Assembly (NCBI GenBank): GCA_963792415.1 | Contig: CAWBVY010000004.1 | Coordinates: 512,001 to 576,000, forward strand | Direction: 5' to 3' | Origin: Candidatus Deferrimicrobiaceae bacterium | Lineage (GTDB): Bacteria > Desulfobacterota > Deferrimicrobia > Deferrimicrobiales > Deferrimicrobiaceae | DNA length: 64,000 bases | In this document: positions 30,010 through 40,650 of the stretch, in pieces | Layout of the letters: each line of letters begins with the position of its first letter | Position numbering within the stretch: the stretch's first letter is position 1 | Program-made: the position numbers and the translations under genes | Notes under the pieces: model-generated | Told to the model about the DNA's origin: nothing | The model's database searches: none | What the model saw: the letters and a program-made list of their open reading frames with translations, nothing else

Positions 30010-30981
30010 ATGAGCGGAACAGTTCTGGACATAGTGATCGTCGATTACGACGCAGGCGAACTTTTGCGGGAGTGTCTTGCGTCGATTCTATCGCATGTGC
30101 CGCAGTACACTTCGCTGGGTCGGATCGTGGTGGTGGACAATGCCTCTTGGGAGTCATCCCGGCGCTGGATTGATGGGCTAAACTTGTCGGTCACTCTGAT
30201 CCGGAACGGAGAGAACCGCGGGTTCGCTGCCGCGTGTAACCAGGGTGCGCAGGGAAGCGACGCGGATTACCTGTTGTTCCTCAACCCGGACGTACGCCTC
30301 ACGAAGAACTCTTTGGACGTCCCTGCACGCTTCCTTTCGACCCCCGAGAACCGTGACGTAGGGATCGTGGGGATCCAACTGGTGGATGGTCAGGGAGAGG
30401 TATCCCTCACATGTCGCCACTTCCCGAGACCATCCTACTATTGGACCCGGGCGCTGGGTCTCGAGCGAATTTCGCGGTCCCGATTTCCAACGGGCGAAAT
30501 GGAGGGGTGGGACCATGGGGATTCCCGCAAGGTAGACCAGTTGATGGGGGCTTTTCTTTTCGTTCGGCGAGAAGTCTTTGAGGCGCTGGGTGGGTTCGAC
30601 GAACGGTTCTTCGTCTACTTCGAGGAAGTGGATTTCAGTTTAAGAGCGATTCAGGCGGGCTGGCTAAGCGTATTCCTGTCCGAAGCCAAGGCGTTTCATA
30701 CGGGCTGCGGTACAACTGACAAGGTGAAGGCCAAGAGATTATATTATTCGCTGAGGAGCCGGATTTTGTATGGCTATAAGCATTTCGGATGGATTCCAGC
30801 TACCTCTGTACTTGTTCTTACGGTTCTTGTTGAGCCAATCACACGAATTGTTTGGGCGATATTGAGGGGTGCATGGAGTGAGGCTGGCGAATCTGTCAAG
30901 GCTTCCGCAATGTTGTGGCTTTCGTTGATCCAAACGTTGCGGACCGTAATTCGACTTAGAAGGCGAGTCTTAATACAATAA
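30010..30981 (+). CDS. GT2 glycosyltransferase (rhamnosyltransferase-like)
   Basis: VVDNAS, NRGFAAACNQG, FLNPD, GGFDERFFVYFEEVD. Confidence 0.9.
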   Translation: MSGTVLDIVIVDYDAGELLRECLASILSHVPQYTSLGRIVVVDNASWESSRRWIDGLNLSVTLIRNGENRGFAAACNQGAQGSDADYLLFLNPDVRLTKNSLDVPARFLSTPENRDVGIVGIQLVDGQGEVSLTCRHFPRPSYYWTRALGLERISRSRFPTGEMEGWDHGDSRKVDQLMGAFLFVRREVFEALGGFDERFFVYFEEVDFSLRAIQAGWLSVFLSEAKAFHTGCGTTDKVKAKRLYYSLRSRILYGYKHFGWIPATSVLVLTVLVEPITRIVWAILRGAWSEAGESVKASAMLWLSLIQTLRTVIRLRRRVLIQ

Positions 30982-30989
30982 GAATTTTA

Positions 30990-32045
30990 ATGCTTGGCAG
31001 GTACGATTGTCTTGGGGCAAGTAGCCGAATTCGCGCCTACCAATATTTTCCATATTTGAAACATTGCGGCATCGAGATGACTGTTTCATCTTTTTTATTG
31101 AATGATTATCTCAAATTACTCTACGAGAAAAGCACCATAAGTATTTTATCAATTTTCAGTGCGTATTTACGACGGTTGGGGGTGTTATTGCATGCAAGAA
31201 AATTTGACCTGATTTGGATAGAAAAAGAGCTGTTTCCCTGGCTCCCGTTTTTCATAGACAATGCTTTTCAACCAAGAATCCCGTATGTCGCCGATTATGA
31301 CGATGCAATCTTCCACAATTACGATATACACCACCGACAGATCGTATCTCGCCTGCTGGGAACAAAGATCGACAAGGTCATGGCAAATGCAGGCGTCGTC
31401 ACTGTGGGAAACGAATATCTTGCGAGCCGGGCCCGGCAGGCTGGGGCAAAGAGGGTGGAGGTACTTCCATCCGTGGTCGACATTGCGAAATATCCCGGGA
31501 TCATAAACAAAATCGAAGAAGGTTCCTTCACGATCGGTTGGATAGGGTCCCCGGGCACCGCAAAGCACTTATTGGAGGCGGAAACTGCCCTGAAGCAGGT
31601 ATGCAAGAATCGCGGAGGAAGGGTCGTCCTGGTCGGCGCAGGTGAAAATCCCTTCAGCGGATTGATGGCCACAATCCGGGATTGGGACGAAGCCACGGAA
31701 ACCATGGAGATCGGGAACTTCGATGTGGGGATCATGCCTCTTCCCGACAATCCGTGGGAACGGGGCAAGTGCGGCTTCAAGCTGATCCAGTACATGGCTT
31801 GCGGCAAGCCGGTGGTGGCGTCGCCCGTCGGAGTGAACCGGGAGATCGTCGTCGATGGGGTCAACGGATTCCTCGCCTCCACACCGAAGGAATGGGTTGA
31901 GGCGTTGTTGCGTCTCAAGGCGGATCCGGAGCTGCGGAGAGCGATGGGGGAAAAGGGCCGGCGCATGGTGGAAGAGAAATATTGCCTCCAGGTGACCGCT
32001 CCCCGCCTGCACCGGATTCTCTTGGAAGCGGCGGGCCGGGCCTGA
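30990..32045 (+). CDS. GT4 glycosyltransferase
   Basis: DYDDAIF, IGWIGS, GIMPL, GKCGFKLIQYMACGKPVVASPVG. Confidence 0.9.
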   Translation: MLGRYDCLGASSRIRAYQYFPYLKHCGIEMTVSSFLLNDYLKLLYEKSTISILSIFSAYLRRLGVLLHARKFDLIWIEKELFPWLPFFIDNAFQPRIPYVADYDDAIFHNYDIHHRQIVSRLLGTKIDKVMANAGVVTVGNEYLASRARQAGAKRVEVLPSVVDIAKYPGIINKIEEGSFTIGWIGSPGTAKHLLEAETALKQVCKNRGGRVVLVGAGENPFSGLMATIRDWDEATETMEIGNFDVGIMPLPDNPWERGKCGFKLIQYMACGKPVVASPVGVNREIVVDGVNGFLASTPKEWVEALLRLKADPELRRAMGEKGRRMVEEKYCLQVTAPRLHRILLEAAGRA

Positions 32046-32049
32046 ATCT

Positions 32050-33940
32050 TTGTGCGGCATCGCGGGATTCTGGAGGACGGAGGGAAGGGTCGGAGACGAC
32101 CCGGCGGCAAACGCCGTCCGGATGGCGGAGGCGATGCGACTCCGAGGGCCGGACGATCAAGGCGTCTGGCTGTCAAATGATCGACGCATGGTCCTTTCCC
32201 ACCGGAGACTGTCCATCCTGGACACCTCTTCCCGCGGTCATCAGCCGATGCTGTCCGCCGACGGCAGGCAGGTGATCGTATACAACGGTGAGATCTACAA
32301 CTTCCTCGAACTACGGGCCGATCTCCAACGGGAGGGAGACCGGTTCATCACCGGGTCCGACACCGAGGTCATCCTCGCGGCGTACCGGCGATACGGGGTC
32401 GATTGCCTGTGCCGCTTCAACGGGATGTTCGCCTTCGCGATCTGGGACGAGGAGGATCGAAGCCTTTTCCTCGCCCGCGACCGGTTCGGCGTCAAACCGC
32501 TTCTTTACCATTGGCAGGGGGGATTATTCCTGTTCGCGTCGGAAATGAAGGCGATCAGGGCCTTCGACGGGCTGCCGACGCTGACCCTCAACGCTGCCGC
32601 CATCCGGCGTTATTTCTACCTGACCTACCTGATGCCGCGGGACACGGTGTACAAGGAGATCTGTCAACTGGATGCGGGGAACTTTCTCGTAGTAAAGGAT
32701 GGGAACTGCCGATGCGAGCGCTGGTACGATCTCGCTCCCTGCTTCTCGGTAAAAATGGATTCACAATTGGCGGGGATACAGTCGCTTCGGGAAACGATGG
32801 AGGGAGCGGTTCGGGACCGGCTTGTGTCCGACGTCCCTTTGGGCGCTTTTCTGAGCGGTGGGGTCGATTCGAGCATCGTCGTCGGGTTGATGGCGAAAAA
32901 CAGCCGCAAGCAGGTCAAGACCTTCACAGTGGGGTACAACGACGCACCTCTTTACGATGAATCCGGTTTTGCCCGGGAGGTGGCCCGCCATTTCGGGACG
33001 GAGCATTCGGAAATCCGCCTCTCTCTTCGTGATGCGCTCGCGGTCATCCCCGATGCGCTGGATTATCTCGATCAGCCGTTCGGGGATTCCTCCTGCATCC
33101 CGACGTACCTCATCTCCCGCGAAACCCGGAATGAAGTCACGGTGGCGCTGTCGGGGGATGGCGGCGACGAGGTGTTCGCCGGGTATTCGAAATACCAGGC
33201 GGAGGCCTACGTCCCAGTACTTCAGGATGGTTCCTGGCGTGGTATGGTCCTTTGTCCGCAAACTTCTTGCGAATGTCCCCGAAGGGCGACAATCGGGGCT
33301 CCATGAATATGTCCGGATCCTGAAAAAGTTCCTCCGTGCTGCCACAGTGGACCAGGTTTCGAGACACTGCTCCTTGATGTTCCCCTTGGAAGAACGGGAG
33401 GTTGCCTGCCTTGCAGGGGAGGCTGCCGCAAGGGAAATCCGTGGTTACGTAGCAGCCTTGATGGACAGGATCGAGACGGGGAACATAGACCGGGCTCTTT
33501 ATGCGGACATCAACCTTTGTCTTAAAGAGGACATGCTGAGGAAAGTGGATCTCATGGGGATGGCGAATTCCCTCGAAATCCGGAATCCGTACCTGGATTA
33601 CCGTGTCGTCGAACTGGCCGCACGCATGCCGGGCGAATGGAAGTTGAAGGGAACGGAACGGAAGCACATCTTGAAATCAGCATTCCGGGATTTTCTCCCA
33701 TCCGCAGTGCTCAATAGGAAGAAGTACGGATTCGGCATCCCCGTGGGGGAATGGCTCCGGCGCGACCTCAAAGGATTGTTTGAGGAGGTGGTGTCCAGGA
33801 AAAACGTGGAGCGGGTCGGCCTCCTAAAATACGACGTTGTTCGGGATGTGTACCAGCAACACCTCTCGGGACACCGGGACGCGACCCCGCTGCTATGGAG
33901 TGTCTTTGCCTTCCAATGGTGGGCGAACCGGTACCTGTGA
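32050..33940 (+). CDS. asnB: Asparagine-synthase-like amidotransferase, frameshift near 33220
   Basis: MCGIAG, RGPD, HRRLSI, NGEIYN, LSGGVDSS, SGDGGDE, LRKVD..MANSLE.R.PYLD. Confidence 0.9.
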
Positions 33941-35100
33941 GCGTCGATCTCGTTTCCACTCCCTTCCCGCCGTCCGCCAAGGGACGGCGGATTCTCGTCC
34001 TCGCGGGGTTTGCCGAATCTCTGATCAACTTCCGGAAACCGCTTCTGGAGGCGTTCCGGGGAAAAGGTTTTGACGTATTCGCCCTCGCTCCGCCGGCCGA
34101 TCCCGAAATAGTGGAAGCATTGAACTGCATCGGGGTCGATTTTCGGCCGGTAAATTTTTCCCGGTCCGGAACGAGTCCCTTCGAGGACGCAAGATATTAC
34201 CTCGAATTGCGGAGCCGGATCCTGGAGATAAAACCGGACACGGTGTTCAGCTATACCATCAAGCCCGTGATCTACGGTTCCCTTGCCGCCCGTGCCTGCG
34301 GTGTGAAGCAGGTCGTTTCGATGATCACCGGGACTGGGTACGCCTTCCAGAAAGCCACGTGGAAGGGAAAGGCCGTCCATGCGATTGTTCGCCCCATGTA
34401 TCGGAAGGCCCTAACGTCCAACGACGTCGTGTTTTTCCAGAATCGGGACAATCTTGCTCTGTTCCGTGAAGAGGGGGTTCTCGGCGACCCCCGGAAAGCG
34501 ACGTTGATTCCAGGAACCGGCGTGGATCTGGCCCATTATGCTGCCGTTGCACCCTGGATCCGGCCCGTGACGTTCCTCCTGATCGCTCGCCTCCTGTACG
34601 ATAAGGGGATCCGCGAGTACGTCGAGGCGGCCCGATCGCTCAAGGAGGGGTACCACGAAGCGAGGTTCCGCCTCCTGGGTCCTCTTGATCCCAATCCGAT
34701 GGGAGTCCCGCGACGCCTCGTGGAAGAGTGGCAGCGGGAAGGGGTGATCGAATACCTTCCCGAGACCCGGGATGTGCGCCCGTTCCTTGCGGAAACCAGC
34801 GTCTATGTCCTTCCCTCCTACCACGAGGGGATCCCACGAACGGTGATGGAGGCGATGTCCATGGGGCGGCCCATCGTCACCACCGATGCCCCGGGATGTC
34901 GGGAGACGGTGGTCGAAGACAGGAACGGATATATTATTCCCGTCAAGGATTCGAGGGCTCTTTCTCAGGCGATGGAAAGATTTCTGATCGATCCGTCGTT
35001 GATCCCCGCGATGGGGCACCAGAGCCGGCGGCTCGCGGAAGAGCGCTTCGATGTGCGAAAGGTCAATACAGAAATTTTATCCCGCTTGGGGATTCTCTGA
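33937..35100 (+). CDS. GT4 glycosyltransferase (PglA/CapM-like)
   Basis: YTIKPVIYG, FQNRD, ARLLYDKG, PSYHEG.PR..MEAM, TTDAPGCRE. Confidence 0.9.
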   Translation: MSVDLVSTPFPPSAKGRRILVLAGFAESLINFRKPLLEAFRGKGFDVFALAPPADPEIVEALNCIGVDFRPVNFSRSGTSPFEDARYYLELRSRILEIKPDTVFSYTIKPVIYGSLAARACGVKQVVSMITGTGYAFQKATWKGKAVHAIVRPMYRKALTSNDVVFFQNRDNLALFREEGVLGDPRKATLIPGTGVDLAHYAAVAPWIRPVTFLLIARLLYDKGIREYVEAARSLKEGYHEARFRLLGPLDPNPMGVPRRLVEEWQREGVIEYLPETRDVRPFLAETSVYVLPSYHEGIPRTVMEAMSMGRPIVTTDAPGCRETVVEDRNGYIIPVKDSRALSQAMERFLIDPSLIPAMGHQSRRLAEERFDVRKVNTEILSRLGIL

Positions 35101-35123
35101 CGGTCGATGCTGGACAAGCGGAT

Positions 35124-35753
35124 ATGTATCCGTTCCTGAAACGGCTCCTGGATGTCCTGTTTTCGGGAGTCTTGATTCTCCTGTTGCTTCCCATCGGGAT
35201 CGTATTGACCCTTCTTGTCCGGTGGAGGATGGGGTCCCCCATTCTGTTCTTTCAGGACCGTCCCGGTTTGAAAGGGCATCTCTTCCGGTTGTACAAGTTT
35301 AGGACAATGCGCGATGTGGCAGGTGCCGAGGGGAAACCCTTGGAGGATGCGGAACGGCTGACGTCGTTGGGTCGCTGGATGAGAAAGTGGAGCCTGGACG
35401 AACTTCCGGAGTTGTACAACGTCCTGATCGGGGATATGAGTCTTGTCGGGCCCCGTCCGCTCCTTCCCCAATATCTGGGTCGCTACACTGCGGAGCAGGC
35501 CCGTCGCCACGAGGTGAAACCGGGCCTGACCGGTTGGGCGCAGGTCAACGGGCGGAACGCGATCACTTGGGAGGAAAAATTCGTCCTGGACGTCTGGTAC
35601 GTAGACAATCGATCTTTCTGGCTGGATCTGAAAATTCTGGCCATGACTGCATTGAAGGTACTGCGGCGGGAAGGGATCAGCGCCGAGGGGGAGGCGACGA
35701 TGCCGGAGTTCATGGGAACTGTCTCCACTAGCGGAAAATCCGAAAATGCCTGA
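35124..35753 (+). CDS. Initiating sugar-phosphate transferase (PglC-like)
   Basis: KRLLD, KFRTM, SLDELP, GDMSLVGPRP, KPGLTGWAQVNGRN. Confidence 0.92.
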   Translation: MYPFLKRLLDVLFSGVLILLLLPIGIVLTLLVRWRMGSPILFFQDRPGLKGHLFRLYKFRTMRDVAGAEGKPLEDAERLTSLGRWMRKWSLDELPELYNVLIGDMSLVGPRPLLPQYLGRYTAEQARRHEVKPGLTGWAQVNGRNAITWEEKFVLDVWYVDNRSFWLDLKILAMTALKVLRREGISAEGEATMPEFMGTVSTSGKSENA

Positions 35754-36397
35754 ACGATTCGCGGTCGTTGGCGCAGGTGGCCACGCCAAGGTGGTGCTGG
35801 ATGCGTTGCTTGCTTCTGGGCATGAAGTACTGGGGGTCTACGACGACAATCCGGCATTGCTGGGGGTGGAACCGATACCGGGCGTGAAAGTACTGGGTGA
35901 CGCGAAGGATTCGCTGAAAGTATTGGAGAAGGGGGAAGGCTTGGTGATCCTCGCGATCGGCGAGAACCGTGTACGCTAGCCGGTTGTCGCGACGGTTTTC
36001 CGTTCCGTATGGTGTTGCGTGTGCTCCCTCCACGGTGCTCGGTCGCGGCGTCCGGATCGGGAAAGGAAGCATGATCCTTCCGTCTGTGACGGTGAACATC
36101 GATACCGTTATCGGGGAGCATGTGATCCTGAACACGTCCTGTTCCGTTGACCATGACTGTGTTATCGGCGATTTCGTCCACATTGCTCCCGGAGCCCATC
36201 TTGGAGGGGGAGTGGCTGTAGGGGAGGGTACTTTCCTCGGGCTTGGGTCGAGCGTGATTCCGGGAATCCGCATCGGCCGGTGGTCCGTGATCGGCGCCGG
36301 CGCCGTCGTCACGAAGGACCTTCCCGATAACTGCACGGCCGTCGGTGTCCCGGCCAAGGTCATCAAGACCCGGGAGGAAGGTTGGCACCTGGCATGA
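35746..36397 (+). CDS. PglD/NeuD-like acetyltransferase, frameshift near 35975
   Basis: GAGGHAKVV, AIGEN, hexapeptide repeats, VDHDC, GVPAK. Confidence 0.88.
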
Positions 36398-37540
36398 CGC
36401 GTCCGCCGCCTGCCGAAGCGGATCTACCTATCCCCCCCCCACATGGGGGCAACTGAGCGGGAACTACTGCTCGACGCCTTCGACTCGAACTGGATCGCCC
36501 CGATCGGGCCCCACGTGGACGCCTTCGAGCGGGAGTTCTGCGAAACCGTCGGGGTATCCTGCGCCGTGGCCCTTTCCAGCGGGACGGCGGCTCTCCACCT
36601 GGCGCTGCTGTTGCTAAGCGTCGGCCCAGGGGACGAGGTCATCGTCTCCACTTTCACGTTCGCGACGACGGCGAACGCCGTCATGTACATGGGGGCAACA
36701 CCGGTCTTCATCGACAGCGATCCGATCAACTGGAACATGGACCCCGGCCTGCTGAGGGAGGAACTTGAATCTGCCGCGAAGCGGAGAAAGCTTCCCAAAG
36801 CGGTGATCGTGGTCGACCTGTACGGCCAGTGCGCGGATTACGGCCCGATCATTGAGGTGTGCGAGAGGTATGGGGTGCCGGTGGTGGAGGACGCTGCCGA
36901 GGCGCTCGGGTCTACCTACAAGGGGAGGCCCGCAGGATCCTTCGGCGCGGTGGCCACCTTCTCGTTCAATGGGAACAAGATCATTACGACTTCGGGTGGA
37001 GGAATGCTCGTTTCAATGGATGCGGGAATGGTCGAGCGGGCCCGGCACCTGGCGACGCAGGCGAAGGATCCCGCTCCGCACTATCAACATTCCAAAATCG
37101 GGTACAACTACCGTTTAAGCAATCTTCTGGCAGCCGTGGGCCGTGGACAGTTGCGGGTTCTGAAGGACAGGGTGTCGAGAAAGCGGGAAATCTTCCAGTT
37201 CTATCAGCGTGCTTTCGCTGATCTTCCCGGCGTCTCCTTCATGCCGATCGCAGGTTACGGGGAGCCGAATTATTGGCTGACATGCATCCTGGTCGATCCG
37301 GTCGGGTTCGGAGCGACGAGGGAAGACATCCGGCAGGCACTGGAAAAGGAGAACATCGAGTCCCGACCTCTCTGGAAGCCAATGCACCTGCAACCTGTTT
37401 ACAAGGATTGCAGAGTGAGAAGCGGATCGGTTTCCGAAGGGATCTTCCGGGATGGCCTGTGTCTTCCCAGCGGGACGGCGCTGACGGATGGGGAACTTCG
37501 GCGGATTGCAGGGATTATTCGGGCCGCCTGCAGGGGATAG
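36394..37540 (+). CDS. DegT/DnrJ aminotransferase (PglE-like); start uncertain
   Basis: IYLSPPHM, SSGTAALHL, EDAAEALG, SFNGNKIITTSGGG, GYNYRLSN, RPLWKPMH. Confidence 0.92.
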
Positions 37541-37625
37541 ATTGATTTAATATTGTGTCTTGTCCTTCCGATCATCCTCGAACAGGATGAATCCTTGATA
37601 ATGCCGAAAGTCGCATAGGAGCCTC

Positions 37626-39644
37626 ATGGACCTTCGCGAAAAAATTGCCAGGTGGTCGTCCCCGCTTCTGGGTGCCTTGCTCCGGAGCAGGACCACGGTG
37701 AAGTTTTTCCTGACCCTCGGGATCTTCATCTCCGCCCACTACCTTGCCTACCTGATCCGGTTCGAATTCGACGTGCCGCCGGAGACGGTCGTCGTGATGT
37801 GGCGGACGATCCCGGTCCTGGTGCTCGCGAAGGCGTTCGGGTTCCTTGTCTTCGGGCAGTTCAGCGGCTGGTGGCGGTACGTGTCGATCAAGGACGTGCT
37901 GCCGATCGCGGCCGGTTCCGCGCTCGGGTCGGTTCTCTTCGCGGCGGGCGTCTGGTGGTTGTGGGGACCGTCCCATGTGCCGAGGTCGATCTACGTGCTG
38001 GATTGGGTGAACGCGATGTTGCTGGTCCTCGGGATCCGGTACCTCATCCGCATGGGAAGGGAAGGGCTGGGAAGAAGAAGACATGTGACGGAGCGGCGCG
38101 TCCTGATCGTCGGGGCGGGCGCGGCCGGTCAGATAATCGCGAGGGAGATCGCCGAGAACGTATCCCTGGAGATGGAGCAGGTGGGGTTCATCGACGACGA
38201 CCCCGCCAAGATCGGCACGCGGATCCACGGGGTGAAAGTGCTGGGGGGCCACGGGGTGATCGCCGACATCTGCCGGAAATACGACGTCAACGAGATCATC
38301 ATCGCGATCCCGTCCTCTCCGGCGGCGGTGATTCGTCACATCGTGGAGCATTGCCGCGACGTGACCGCCACGGTCCAGATCCTTCCCCGCATCGGCGACC
38401 TGATCGGCGGCAAGGTGAGCGTCGATGCGCTGCGGAAAGTGGACCTCGAGGACCTGCTGGGTCGCGACCCGGTGGAGCTCGACACGGCGCTTCTGAGCCG
38501 CCGCATCACGGGACACACGGTGATGGTGACCGGTGCGGCGGGGTCCATCGGGTCGGAGCTGTGCCGGCAGATCGCCCGCCTTTCGCCCTCCCGGCTGGTG
38601 ATGTTCGAGATCGCGGAAAGTCCCTTGTTCGACTTCGAGATGGAGATGCGGGAAACGTTCCCGACGGTGAACGTGGTCGCCGTGATCGGCGACGTGAGGG
38701 ACCGCGCGCGGGTCGAAGAGACCGTCCGGATGTATCGGCCGTCCGTCGTGTACCATGCGGCGGCGTACAAGCACGTGCCCATGATGGAGATGCACCCCGT
38801 GGAAGCCGTGAAGACGAACGTGTTGGGAACGCGGATCGTCGCCGAGGCGGCGGCGAAGTTCGGGGTGGAGCGGTTCGTCCTCGTTTCGACCGACAAGGCG
38901 GTGCGCCCGACGAACGTGATGGGGGCGACGAAGCGTCTGGCCGAGCTGGTCATCCACAACATGAACGGGACGGCCCGCAAGACCGTGTTCGTCGCGGTTC
39001 GGTTCGGCAACGTCCTTGGGAGCGCCGGGAGCGTGATCCCGATCTTCCGGAGGCAGCTGGAGACCACGGGGAAGCTGACCGTGACCCACCCCGAGGCATC
39101 CCGCTACTTCATGCTGGTTTCCGAGGCGGCGGGGCTGATCCTGCAGGCGGGGGCGATGGGGGAGGGCGGCGAGGTGTTCGTCCTCGAGATGGGCAAACCA
39201 TTGAAGATCGTCGACCTGGCGGAAAACCTGATCCGCCTCTCCGGGAAAGAGCTGGGCGTGGACGCCGAGATCGTGTTCATCGGCCTGCGCCCCGGCGAGA
39301 AACTGCACGAGGAGCTGATCGTGGAGGGAGAGGATGTCACGCGCACGAGCCACCCCAAGGTGTTGAAGCTGATCGGCAACGAGAGGATGCCCCCCTTCTG
39401 GGCGAAGCAGCTGGAGGAGTTGATCCTGTGCGCCATCGCCGGGGGCCATTCCGGCGTCGTCGAGCGGCTGGACGCCCTGGTGAAAGGGTACCGCCCGGAT
39501 TACGAATTTCACGGCGCCGTCGTCCCCCCGGGCGCCGCCGTCGCCAACGTCGCAAATGCCTCTGTCAGCGCACCTTCCCCCGTACCTCCCCCCGAAGGCG
39601 ACCTCCCGCCGGACTCCGTCTCCCCCTCCAAGTCCATCCACTAA
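37626..39644 (+). CDS. Membrane UDP-GlcNAc 4,6-dehydratase (PglF/CapD-like)
   Basis: N-terminal TMs; GAAGSIGSEL, HAAAYKHVP, STDKAV.PTNVMGATK, RFGNVLGS.GSV, GLRPGEKLHEEL. Confidence 0.93.
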   Translation: MDLREKIARWSSPLLGALLRSRTTVKFFLTLGIFISAHYLAYLIRFEFDVPPETVVVMWRTIPVLVLAKAFGFLVFGQFSGWWRYVSIKDVLPIAAGSALGSVLFAAGVWWLWGPSHVPRSIYVLDWVNAMLLVLGIRYLIRMGREGLGRRRHVTERRVLIVGAGAAGQIIAREIAENVSLEMEQVGFIDDDPAKIGTRIHGVKVLGGHGVIADICRKYDVNEIIIAIPSSPAAVIRHIVEHCRDVTATVQILPRIGDLIGGKVSVDALRKVDLEDLLGRDPVELDTALLSRRITGHTVMVTGAAGSIGSELCRQIARLSPSRLVMFEIAESPLFDFEMEMRETFPTVNVVAVIGDVRDRARVEETVRMYRPSVVYHAAAYKHVPMMEMHPVEAVKTNVLGTRIVAEAAAKFGVERFVLVSTDKAVRPTNVMGATKRLAELVIHNMNGTARKTVFVAVRFGNVLGSAGSVIPIFRRQLETTGKLTVTHPEASRYFMLVSEAAGLILQAGAMGEGGEVFVLEMGKPLKIVDLAENLIRLSGKELGVDAEIVFIGLRPGEKLHEELIVEGEDVTRTSHPKVLKLIGNERMPPFWAKQLEELILCAIAGGHSGVVERLDALVKGYRPDYEFHGAVVPPGAAVANVANASVSAPSPVPPPEGDLPPDSVSPSKSIH

Positions 39645-39695
39645 GCCCCTTCCATAACCCCGGACAGAGTCTTAAGAGGACCCCCAGTTCCGGGG

Positions 39696-40260
39696 TCAGC
39701 GGGGCCAGAACGTCTCGACCAGCCCCACCTTCCAACCGCTGTCTTCAAGGAACATTTTCAGCGTCGCCGGGTGGTCCGCGCCACGGTAGGTGAGGAGGAT
39801 CTCCGCGCGGTCCTTTTCCACGGAGCCGATCTCCCAGCGGCTATGCTCCAGGGCGATGTCCGGGTCGAAGCGGCGGAGGAAGGCGTCCCAGTAATCGCGC
39901 GCGATCGGCCCGCCCGCGATGAAATCGGAGCGGACCGCCTCGGGGCCGGGTGGGGGATCCTTCGCGGGGACGGTCGGGGCATCGACCGCGGTCGGCTCCC
40001 CCGGGCCCGCCTGCTTTCCCGCCGCGGCAAGGGCGGATGTCGTCTCCAGGACGATCGTCTCCCGGGATTTCGCGCTGAGCGCGGCGAAGATCGCCGGGTA
40101 GTCGCGAACTTTCATCGACTGGAAGAGGGATTCCGCGCGGTCGAGGATCGCGGGGACGGCGGGATGGTCTTCGGGGGAGGCGGCGGACGCGGGATGAGAA
40201 TGGAACATCAATACGGCAAAGAGAAAACCAATAGACTAGCGGAACCGGTATGCGGTTCAA
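39696..40260 (-). CDS. Hypothetical exported protein (probable 5' frameshift)
   Basis: ORF 39696-40211 with a signal-like upstream segment in the adjacent frame; co-oriented with the yjbH-like gene. Confidence 0.5.
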
Positions 40261-40282
40261 TCGATCGGCGAGCGGCCTGCGG

Positions 40283-40624
40283 TCAGGGGTGGGATGGGGT
40301 CGACGACCCGCTGTCTCCGCCTCCACCACCGCCGGCGGCGACCGCGACCCCGATGACCACGGCCGTCCCGGCGGCGATCCACCCGATCGTTCCCGCGGAC
40401 ATCCCGGCGTAGGTCTTCGTGCCTGCGGCATCCCCCGCCTGGGCCGCTCCGTCCGGGGCCGGCGTCGGCTCCACGCCGGGCTCGGTCGGCTTTTTCGGCC
40501 ACGTTTCCCACGTGTCGGCCGCCACCGCGCTGGAAACGGTCCCGATGCCCACGAAGAGGAAACAGGCGGCGCAAAGGATCGCGACGGCGGATTTCACTTT
40601 CGACCGGAGACGGGTTCCGCGCAT
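40283..40624 (-). CDS. Small exported Gly/Ala-rich protein (GfcA/YjbE-like architecture)
   Basis: Signal peptide, C-terminal hydrophobic segment, then GGGGGGDSGSSTP tail; AGGGGGT RBS. Confidence 0.6.
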   Translation of the reverse strand: MRGTRLRSKVKSAVAILCAACFLFVGIGTVSSAVAADTWETWPKKPTEPGVEPTPAPDGAAQAGDAAGTKTYAGMSAGTIGWIAAGTAVVIGVAVAAGGGGGGDSGSSTPSHP

Positions 40625-40650
40625 GCCTACCCCCTATTGGAAACGCCGTG